Shown in pieces: positions 12,972-22,640 of a DNA stretch of 64,000 nucleotides; within the stretch, counting starts at the first letter, position 1, and every line of letters begins with the position of its first letter. Source of the stretch: Hydrolagus affinis (Eukaryota). The position numbers and the translations under genes were made by a program. Location of the stretch: contig JAAILG010000754.1 in the NCBI GenBank assembly GCA_012026655.1, forward strand, positions 1 to 64,000. Reading direction: 5' to 3'. A model generated the notes under the pieces. That model was not told the origin of the DNA and did no database searches. It saw nothing but the letters and a program-made list of their open reading frames with translations.

Positions 12972-13145
12972 TTTACATTGAATAAATCGATTGATTTATA
13001 TCATGATAAACAAATGTTGTGGTAAATCGAACAATATTCACCATAATATATCCAGCCAATCTTTTTGCAGTTTAGCCTGCTTTAACATTGAATAAATCGA
13101 TGGGTTTGTATCATGATAAGCAAATGTTGTGGTAAATCGAACAAT
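12972..13145 (+). repeat. About 64-bp direct repeat, two copies (12972-13035 and 13081-13145)
   Basis: Both copies read acattgaataaatcgat...tcatgataa(a/g)caaatgttgtggtaaatcgaacaat, with a 45-bp spacer. Confidence 0.85.
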
Positions 13146-14069
13146 CTGAGCACTTCTGTCCTTGCAATGCACAGAAATAACAGTGATGAGAGTGATCCCA
13201 CTGTGCATTCAGCACGAACCATGGCAGTTCTGATCATTTAATGCCAGTTACTTGATGATATATAGAGCAGTATCACACTGTGTTTACAAGAGGAATGGAC
13301 TACAAGGTGACCTTGTACATTTATCCCCCCTTTTGTGGCTTGCTCCAGTAATCACCTACTTAATGATCCCGAGTCACAGAACAAATGTCCTGGAACACCT
13401 CAGTCAGCCTTTCTTAAAAGAAAGAATTGTGTTCTCGTTGTACATAGATAGGATAAGGATTCTTTTTAATGAGATGTCACATAGCGTAGGAGTACTGAAC
13501 CATGTATCACAAGTTCCTTCACTTTTAGGATATGTTTAACAAGAACTTTCACCCACTGCAACAATTCCAAAATCAGTCAGTAATGACTGAGCAGTAATTC
13601 CTTGATGAGCAGTTGTGTAGTTAAAGGAGAAAAGAAATTCTAGAGGGAGTACGCTCTGCTCCCAAGTCCTCCCTTTGGATGTAGTGAAAATAGTAGAAGC
13701 AATGGCATAGAAGGTGACTATTCAGTCTCGAGAACCTAAACTGCAACTACAAGTTCCGCTGAAGATAACTATTCTAACTCTGACTGCTGCTGTTTCACTG
13801 ACCCTTTTATATTCTTCATCTTCAATTACCGCTTGGAATTCTCATCCCCAATTCACAAGACCTTCCTCTTCAACTGTGCTCACAGTCACTTCCTCCCACT
13901 CCCACCCTGATTTCCCAGTAATGGTAGATCCTCACTCGAAAATAACTCCTGATCCCAAGCCATGTTAGTCCCATATGCAGGAATTGCCTGTATCCCACAA
14001 GATTGAATGGAGATACTCCCAGGATCAAGACAGCTTCTCCCCTTAACAGATGTCACTATACCGGCATAG

Positions 14070-14286
14070 ATAATAATAATAATACCTGCATTTGATGCAG
14101 TGCCTTATCGCGTCTTCAAGACGTATCAAAACGTTTCACAGAATATACATTTCACATGAATTGACTGTATGTTTTATGGTCGAAACACGGCAGCCAATTG
14201 CACACAGCAGAGTTCCACAAACAGTTGTGGATTCAAATGACCAATTTTATTATTGTGTCTTTTTTGGAGGGATTATTATTAGGCAT
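14070..14286 (-). mobile_element. DeuSINE 3' two-thirds
   Basis: (TAA)n tail, core and gggattattattaggcat in reverse orientation. Confidence 0.8.
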
Positions 14287-14407
14287 TATTAGATTAGATT
14301 ATTATTATTAGATTTAAGTGGCTACAAATAATATAAGCATGGAAAGAATCACAGCAAAGCCCTAATCTGTTCTCAACCAATTTGCACACACACACTTTTT
14401 TCCAATA

Positions 14408-14490
14408 CAACAACAACTTTGATTTATATAGCGCCTTCCACGCCAGACGGCATCTCAGAGCGCTTCACAATATAACGGATCCCAGGTTAC
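14408..14490 (-). mobile_element. L2 subfamily B tail
   Basis: caacaacaactttgatttatatagcgccttccacgccagacggcatctcagagcgcttcac. Related copies at about 28663, 60778, 19570 (all -) and 61935 (+). Confidence 0.7.
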
Positions 14491-14860
14491 TGGAAATAGA
14501 AGTTTACTGGAAAGTATTCAGTATCAGAAAGCATGGCTTTTGATTTCTTTCTCCAAATCCAGAGGCACCAATTGTAACAGCCAGTTCCTTCTTCGATTGA
14601 GTTCAGCTCACTAGGCATTCACTCAGAATCAAACTCGCAGCCTTCAAGTGTATATTGCTTAGTGATGCTGTTTGTCCATTAGTGTAGGTAATGAGTGTAT
14701 TTAAAATGGAGAACTGCTTTCCTTGAGAAAATACGCTGTAATCACTGTGAATCAATTGTACTATGCCTCTGCGATGCAGTACATTTTTTTCAAATTGTAG
14801 CTGTTAATTACTCGGTCTAAAGATTATAAATAAATTGAGACTTGTTGGCCTTTCTTGCAG

Positions 14861-15079
14861 ACAATTATTATGGCACCCCCAAACCTTTAGCAGAACCAAC
14901 GCCGCTGCTAAATGTGACAGATCAAATTCTGCCTGGAGCTCGACCTAGTGCCGAAGGGAAACGGAAACGAAACAAGTCAGTAAGTAACATGGAGAAAGCT
15001 GGTGTTGCCCCTCCTGAAGAAGAGGAAGAAGAGGAAGAGAGACCTGTTGTCAATGGAAATGGAGTTGCAATAACACCAG
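14861..15079 (+). CDS. MAGI2: MAGI2 internal coding exon (corresponds to human exon 4): end of guanylate-kinase-like region, basic KRKRNK motif, poly-Glu linker
   Basis: Acceptor tttcttgcag| at 14860, donor CAG|gtcagt at 15080, 219 nt, phase 1-1. Translates (D)NYYGTPKPLAEPTPLLNVTDQILPGARPSAEGKRKRNKSVSNMEKAGVAPPEEEEEEEERPVVNGNGVAITP, close to recalled human MAGI2 DNYYGTPKPPAEPAPLLLNVTDQILPGATPSAEGKRKRNKSVSNMEK...RPVVNGNGVVVTP. Confidence 0.96.
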
Positions 15080-16149
15080 GTCAGTATGGGAGTGTAAAGC
15101 AAGCATATATCCTGTATGATAATGAATCATATTTTTGGAGAGGTGTGGGCGGGTGAGGTGAAATTTCTACGCACTGACCGAGTTAACTGAGCACCTCAAT
15201 ACTGCATCCCATCAGTGAGCTTTGGCAAATTGCTACCCAGATGTAAAGTCCCACAGCATGGAAACATTTCGGTAGATTTCACGTGGATTTGAGAAACCTG
15301 GCTAGATCCTGGTAGAATTCATAAACAGGAACTTAGCAAATAGTAACCCATCTCAGTTTGCATCTCACAGAGTGCACAACTAGGAATTTATGCCCGCTTT
15401 GACCCAACTGAAATACAACATTTAGGACACCCGGTGTATTGTAGAATAGTGCGTATGTAATGGGTAAATATTATAAATATAGATTTAAATGATTATGAGC
15501 ATGATATAATACCTCTAGCCATAAGAAGCCATGACTGTCATCAAAACGAAATCTCTTTCTAGAGATGACCTTCTGCAAAGGTATTCATCGTTGGTGTCGC
15601 AATGAATGTTGGGATCGTCAGTTGTAAATGGGGAATTCCACTAGTAATGGGAGATCGTTCCAGCAGCATGCTGATCTGTAGGGATCGCCGGGCTCAGAAG
15701 AGTAGAGTTCCTGCAGGTCATTATGATGTACGTCTGGTTACAAGCTAGAACCACAATTTCTCCTGATGCAAATGCTGCATTTTTGACTCAACTCAGTCTC
15801 AATCCTAAAACTCAGTTGGACCGGTTGAAACTTTATTTGCGATCTTTCTTTCTCACGGGTGAACAATAAATACCAAGTCGTCTCAACAAGTGAACCACAC
15901 AAGGTCACAACGCTAAGTCACAACATTAAGTGGTTTCCAATTTGCAATCTCTGGTTCCTCTGTAAAGGTGGCATCTGAGAACGACCAGCGTTGGGATTGA
16001 AGAAATTAGTTGGATTTTAATACCCCTTTAAGAGGAAATAATGGGACATTTATCCTTCCCCTTGTTGAATGTATCAGGGCATATTGTTTCCAGTATTGTA
16101 CAAATAGCAAACAACATCGACCTGCAATTGAAATGGGTTAATTCAGAAC

Positions 16150-16345
16150 AAATCTGCGGATAAACTACTTGAGTGAGTAAGTAGAAAACTTATGGAGCAA
16201 GCTCCCTCAGGAGACAGATGAAGCAAAAGCTGTTTGTTTCAAGATAAAATTAGTTAGATTTCTGCTAGTAAATAATATCTCGGGATACAGTATCTTTGAG
16301 ACACAACATGTCAAGCGGGTGGTGGAAGATGAACTAGATGGGCCT
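16150..16345 (+). mobile_element. CR1 3' fragment, diverged
   Basis: gtagaaaacttatggagcaagctccct...tttcaagataaaattagttagatt (WxKLP...FKxKLxR-like), ending gaactagatgggcc. Confidence 0.55.
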
Positions 16346-16398
16346 TGGATTTGAGAAACCTAGCAAATTCTCATGGTTTTATTATAGCAAGAATAATT

Positions 16399-16698
16399 GT
16401 GGAGTCTTGTAGCTCAGTGGTTAGAGAACCTTTCAAGCGAGAAACCTGGGTTCGATTCTCGGCAGGGCAAAACCTTGGGCAAGTTTCCTTACTCTACATG
16501 CCCGTTAATAATCCTTCAAAAAAAACCAATAATAAATTGGTCATTTCAATCCACGATTATTTGTGGGACACTGCTGTACACAATTGGCTGCAGCATTTCT
16601 CCCACATAAATAGAATCAATTCACTTTACAGTATATTCTGTGAAGTGCTTTGAGATGTGAAAAGGTGCTATATAAATAGCAAAGGTTATTATTATTAT
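16399..16698 (+). mobile_element. Full-length tRNA-derived DeuSINE (resembles the SINE2 family of elephant shark)
   Basis: A box tagctcagtgg, B box ggttcgattc, Deu core tttgtgggacactgctgt..aattggctgc, L2-like tail and (TTA)n. Confidence 0.88.
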
Positions 16699-18584
16699 AG
16701 TAGCTTTGAAACCTATCAGATGAATTTCTACTTTCCTGAAATCATAGTGCAAAGTACAGTTGTAATATTCCAATAAGTTTTATTCAAATAACAAAGGTTG
16801 AGGGAAAGAAGATGATGTCTTTTGAACAATTACTTATCAGCCAAGTCATCTGGCTGTTGTTCTATGTTGTGGACAGCTGTGTACAGAAAAATCCAGTTTA
16901 TAGCATATTTTTCATCACATGGGTGGCAACATTTCTCCTCGCTGTGTGTGGCCTGCTGACTTTATTGCTGACAAATTTCCCTGTAAAATTGTTCCCCGGT
17001 GGGATGTATTATTCAAACTACTTGATTGCAGCAGTATTTTGCAACGTGGCACACCGTATTCTACCTATAACAGTGTATTCTACCTGGAATCGTAAATTGA
17101 ATACTGCAGAGTATTAACATTCTTCACTAAGCTTTATGAAACATGTTCTTAAGAAGCTTCACTGGAAAGTGCATATCTTTGTTTTGGGTGAAAGCACCAG
17201 TGATGGAATGGTCGTTTCTTATTGGGAGTGCTTTCTCAGCATTTTGCTGGGAGCAATAAAATATTGCGCTGGGAGCTATAAGATTGTAAAAATCATCTGC
17301 CTGCTCATAGCTTTACTCAGTTTGGAAGAGTTGGCTATGTTAATTGTAGAATTCCGTTCCATCCTGTTGAAATGATACAGATGCAGCAGTTTCCACAGTA
17401 ACATCAGTGTTGGCTGCTCTATTCCATTGCACATTGCCTCACTGAAGGTGCAGTCGGTATCAGCTATCTACATGTGCGGGAGCATCAGAAACCCACACGG
17501 TCTTAGTTTCAGAACAAGCCGATCAATTCTGCATCTTCAGCCTTCTAAGTGTACTTGATACTTGTCAACTCTTAATATTAAAGAGATGGTAAGGCTCTAT
17601 GATCTTTAATTGTACTTTGCATTTGATATAGCGCCTTATCATGTCAATGGGACGTCTCAAAGCACGTCACAGGATATATTGTAAAATGAATTGATTGCGT
17701 ATTTAACGGGGGGAATATATATCAAATGCAACAATTATTGTTAATGTTGTGATTGTTATTATTAAACACTACAAACTGTTGATTTGGGTCCATTTACCGA
17801 AGGGAAGAGTAATCCTCTGTCCAACTTGTCAATTCCCCTCATTATGTTAAAGACTGATCAAATAGCTTCTGAACTTCCAGAATTCTGGATAACGTAACCA
17901 AAGTTTACCCACCCTCTCTGATTCAATGAATGTTGGGTCTTTTTGAACCTTTGTATTCCCGTGAAACTAAAGCTTCTTTCACACATGACGGTTAATACAC
18001 ATTCCTTGGTCTTCACATGAAAGGTCAGTAAACTGCAAGTGATGGCGGCCGATTTTACATTCCATGTTTGACATGCCTCTCAAACCTTATACAATTCGCT
18101 CGTCATAGATTTCACATTTCACTGATTTCAAGATATCCTAGTTGTACACATTTCTTCCGTGGAAATGCAGTTGATGCACAAAGTCGGTAATGATTTAGGT
18201 AGCAAATTATTTTTCTAACTAGGCAATTGGTTTCTCTTACATACCAGAATTTGCAGTGGTCACTTTCCTCAGCAAAGGCTACCAAAATGGGTGGAGATTG
18301 CTTCCCCTTATGTTTCGCCCTGGTAGGACTTAACCCAAAGCAGTGTGTGTGCCCTTTGCTAAGGATTATGATATTGACGTGACAGCTCAAAATGACTGGC
18401 AGTGTTGTTGTGCTCAGGCGACCCTTGAAAATCTAAGGATTCTATTGTTAGGGTGGTCTCAGGTTGAACAAACAGCAGTAAAGCTTGCCAGACAACAATA
18501 TCAATGGCAAGCTATGGAGATTTTAAGCAGCAGTACTCCGTGCACATTCTGGGTTGCTGCCAATGTGCGCTTAATGCTCTGAAT

Positions 18585-18745
18585 TAGGTTAGCAGGATGC
18601 GTCCCTCCAGGGAGAGAGTGCCATTCCATTTCTAACAATCAATCTCTAGGATTTCCATGAGTAGGTGGGATGCATGGAATCTTCCATTTGGTTTTGGATA
18701 CTCTTAGGCACGGTGTTTCTGGCCATCTCTCGTCAAGATCCCAAC
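18585..18745 (+). repeat. Unclassified dispersed repeat (related copies at about 59815-59975 and 53680-53830)
   Basis: Shared ttaggt..caggaYgcRtccctccaggRagagag...attccatt...caat..atctc.aggatttccatg..aggt...ttggttt.ggat.ctctta. Confidence 0.65.
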
Positions 18746-19569
18746 TTTGAAACAGTGCACGGGGCGGAAGTAATGTTCTTGCTGCCAAATCTATTTCTAG
18801 AGAAAGTGAGTCAGGGACGTTGGACTGGAGGTGGGAATAGATTCCCTGATTTACCATTTGAGTAAAACATCTACTGTATATGACACATGCCAACCCTATT
18901 CCCATCAACACTCCGGTTTTCCGCTAACCTTTCACTCTCTCTCTCTCTATCAAGTCTCATCTAATGAAAACTGGGTAGAACATCTGCTGCCATTTTCACA
19001 AACCCCTTGATATTCCTGCTAATTCATCCATCTGCCAAAATACTAGACTTGAGCGTACATATGCGGGGAATGAGTCAGGATATAGCTCTAACTGCTCTCT
19101 GAATAATCAGATGTTTACAGCACCAAGTGCTGCAGTAGGAGACAGGTTAAGATTATCAATCAGCACAATACAACCTTTTCCTTGAAGAACGTTAATTTTC
19201 TTCTGATTCCTCCAAATGCAGTACTTCGGTTCTTATGATTGACGGCACTAGATAACTTTCTTCCTATGAACCTGGCTGGAGCCAAATCGATTTCACTTCT
19301 AATCTGTCAACACAGCAAGCTCCAGTCTTAGAACACCAACATGAATAGTGTATTTAAGGAAGCGAGGTTGGGTTGGGAACAACAGTGCAGCCATTTCAGG
19401 ATCCCCCAGCAAGCAATTGTGAAGTAGGCGATTTAACATTCAGTACAGGTTCTACTCATTGCCCATCTTCACCATTGGACATCTCATGTTGGCAAAGATG
19501 AGTGCTATAGATTTGGTATTTGCCTTGCTTGCTGTGTTGTTTGCACATCTCTCATTTTGATCCGTTTCT

Positions 19570-19790
19570 AAACAACAACTTGAATTTATACAACGCCCTT
19601 CCTGCGGAGAGCTTGGCGGTGGCGGAATCTGACCCTAAGCCAGGGGGATAAGGACGGACGGAGGTGACAGTAACCATGATCAAAAAGGAAGGTCTTTAGG
19701 CAGGATTTGACAGTGGGGAGGGAAAGGACAAAGCAGAGGGAGGGAGTTCCAGAGCATCGGTTCAGTGGTTGAAGGCACGGCCCCAATGGA
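19570..19790 (-). mobile_element. L2 3' fragment
   Basis: (CAA)n tail in reverse; reverse frame ...KSCLKTFLFDHGY is the L2 ORF2 end. Confidence 0.7.
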
Positions 19791-21203
19791 TGCAAACACA
19801 CATTTCAGCAAAGCGTATGCACAGAAAAAAATGGCATGTGCTGATACAAGATCACATCAACATATTCACTGCCAGCAAAACCAAACTATAAATTGTCCTG
19901 TAAATACAATGTCACTTGATATAGATATCTTGTTCTATAAAATAAAATACGCTGACTTATTGGAAATGCACTTATCTGATATTTTAGCTGATCCAAGTAC
20001 AGTTTTCATGGTAATTGGTGTAAAGATTCAGTGTCAGCAAACTGCCTCAACGCAGCGGTGAAGAAAGGGGTAAATACCAGAAGCCTGGGGACAATTTGAT
20101 AATAATATATAGAATTTATAGCATTCCTATGTCAGGTCATGAAGCAAATTACAGTACTGCATGTATTACCAATCATATGGTACAATATCACTTCAGGCTA
20201 GTTTATACCGTGCATGAATTGAAGTTGATGTACAGTATTTATTACTTTTTAACAATGACACCCACCTCAGCAAAACAAATAAGAAAGCTATGTAGTGAAT
20301 CTTTTCGCAGCAGACCTTAAGAGGATGTTTCCATTAGTTCAATATCAGCTACCCACCCTCTCAACTAGAGATTGACTGGATCTACAGCTTTCCCTGTTCT
20401 GGGTGGAGATGTCAGAAGATGCTGTAATCAGAAAGGCCTGCCTATGCAGTAATATGTGCCTGCCCTGAATTATTTAGACGTTGATGCTTCACAACTGATG
20501 TCCTGAAAGGCTATTGATATATGTGTGCTGACAGGACACTGCTGACGTCTGCCATCTGATCAGTTTTCGGGGCTCACCAATGTTCCAGTTCTAATGATTG
20601 GTGTCCAGGAAGTTACGAACACAGCAAAAAAAAAGGAATTACAAGTAAATTGACTAAAAGTGTGTGTAGGTGAACACATTGGCAGCACGCACAAACAGCC
20701 AGAAAGTGAATGGCCAAATTTAACTAGAAGATAGTTGTCCAGGATACCTGGCTCTTTTTTGACTAGGACACATCCACCTGTACAAACAGATGGAACTTCA
20801 TCTTTGAACATCCTCCTGACAAGGAAGCAAGTATTAACCAACTGAGCCGGGCAACACATAAATGAGATTGTTTTCTCTACCATTGCTCAAACAATGGTGG
20901 TTGAACAGTCATCAATATGTGTTTTGGGATGAATGTTGCAGAAATGGTGATCTGGTCAATTCCTTACTTCTGGAGCTCTGCTCTGCTATACTTTTAGAAG
21001 TTATTTGTTATTGGCCTAAAATATCTTCAAGTCTGTTTCAAGATTAGCCATTGAACTATGTGGAAGAAGCAACTAACTACGATGGTCTTGCACACTCTTC
21101 CACACTAAAGCAGCTACTGTCTAATGCTTGAGTTGATTGCCATCCTCAGAATTATTTCCATTAGCTCCGGGGTCTCAAGACTATTTGCTCTCTTCTCTAT
21201 CAT

Positions 21204-21350
21204 AGAGTCATAGAATCATAGAATTATATAGCACGGAAGAAGACCTTTTGGCCCATTGTGTCTGTGACGGCCCTTTGAAAAGAACTATCCAAATCAATCC
21301 CACTCCCCCGTGCTCTCCCCATGGCCCTGCAAATTTGTCCTCACCAAATA
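21204..21350 (-). mobile_element. CR1 3' terminus with (ATTCTATG)n-type tail
   Basis: tagagtcatagaatcatagaattatatagcacggaagaagacc...ggcccatt, same family as 55314-55603. Confidence 0.7.
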
Positions 21351-21651
21351 ATTATCTATTAACAGTGAACTCCCTCATTCATCCAACTCTGTCTACTTTT
21401 AAGGTCTTGTTTCAGATTACAACCTTAACTTCACACAAGCTTCATTGCTCTCTCTGTGGAGTGTCTGAATCACTAAATCTTGATCATTTCCCCTCTGTGT
21501 TCTCTTTGTGTGGTAATAAGCCCTTGTTTCTCTTAACTCTGGGATGCAATCAACATTTTAGTGCTGCTTCACAGGAATCTGCCTTATTTGGTCTGTTGGC
21601 TAGGGATAGTGGCAGCTTTATTCATGATCAGTTGATAAAAAAATATAAAAC

Positions 21652-21858
21652 AAAAACAAAAGTAGCTGGGGAAATTCAGCAGGTCAAGCAGCATCCATGG
21701 AGAAAGGAAAAAGAGTCAACGTTTCGGGTCTACAACCCTTGAAGGTTGTAGACCCAAAATGTTGACTCTTTCCTTTCTCCATGGATGCTGCTTGACCTGC
21801 TGAGTTTCCCCAGCTACTTTTGTTTTTACTTCAGATTCCCACCATCTGTAGTATTTTG
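21652..21858. mobile_element. Penelope-like terminal fragments arranged as a near-perfect inverted repeat (arms about 87 bp)
   Basis: 21652-21739 is nearly the reverse complement of 21741-21827 (gtagctggggaaa.tcagcaggtcaagcagcatccatggagaaagga...). Homologous to the single-orientation copy starting at 35738. The Penelope assignment rests on recalled chondrichthyan repeats. Confidence 0.65.
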
Positions 21859-21952
21859 TGTTTCGATAAAAAGTATAATGTTGCTATCAAATCTTCTTTG
21901 GGTGTGGATGAAACCATTCTCACCAATTTGGGGTATGGATTTATTCCAAATA

Positions 21953-22167
21953 CAGTAAAAGCCCATTTATCCGGCACCTTCGGGACCTGGCCAATGCCGG
22001 TTAAGGCGCGTGCCGGATATTCGGCCGAAAACACACAAATTTTTTTGAAAAAAAATAATAGATTGTGCCTGATAATTTCTGGTTAATCGAATGGGGACCT
22101 TATTTTTGCCATGCCAGTTATACGTGAGTTACGTTTGATCTGGTCACGGATAAACAGGCTTTTACTG
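21953..22167. mobile_element. Non-autonomous Tc1/mariner (pogo/Tigger-like) MITE, 215 bp
   Basis: TA on both flanks (21951-52 and 22168-69). 21-bp TIRs CAGTAAAAGCCCATTTATCCG and CAGTAAAAGCCTGTTTATCCG. Second copy at 41722. Confidence 0.85.
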
Positions 22168-22348
22168 TACTGACATTTAGGACCTGTTTTAATTACATTT
22201 TCTGTCCATGTGACAATTCCAACTGTATGACAATCATCACATCACAATCCTTAGTTTTCCTCCCAATAATAGGCTTTTTCTCAAAGCCACAAATAGTAGT
22301 TGCAGATGTATTAAACAAAACATTTCCATATGAATTGTGTTTCATTTC

Positions 22349-22640
22349 GTGGAGTCCTGTAGCTCAGTGGTTAGAGCACTTGCCTTGCAAGTGAGAGACC
22401 CGGTTCAATTCCCAGCAGGGTGATACCTTGAGCAAGTTTCTTACTCCACATGCCTAATAATAATCCCTCAAGTAAAAATATAAAGTAACAATAGCATGAC
22501 TGTTTGTGGGACATTACTGTGCACAATTGGCAGTCGCGCTTCGACCAAAAATATACAGTCAATTCACCTTACAGTATATTCTGTGAAGCGCTTTGAGACA
22601 TCTAGCAGGAGTGAAAAGCGCTACATTTAATGCAAAGATA
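22349..22640 (+). mobile_element. Full-length DeuSINE
   Basis: gtggagtcctgtagctcagtggttagagcac head, core and tail. Confidence 0.88.

Noticed and set aside
16399-16475. tRNA-like cloverleaf sequences with A and B boxes and an anticodon-like loop (CTTGCAA or CTTACAA), at many sites
   Set aside because: Almost all continue into the SINE body and tail, and their stems are imperfect. They are SINE heads, not tRNA genes.
17940-18580. Semi-open reading frames in non-repeat sequence
   Set aside because: Several frames look equally protein-like and none stands out, so it is indistinguishable from chance by eye.
21248-21742. 164-aa ORF, the longest in the track
   Set aside because: It runs across a CR1 tail, unique sequence and the Penelope palindrome. 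No splice signals or recognisable protein.
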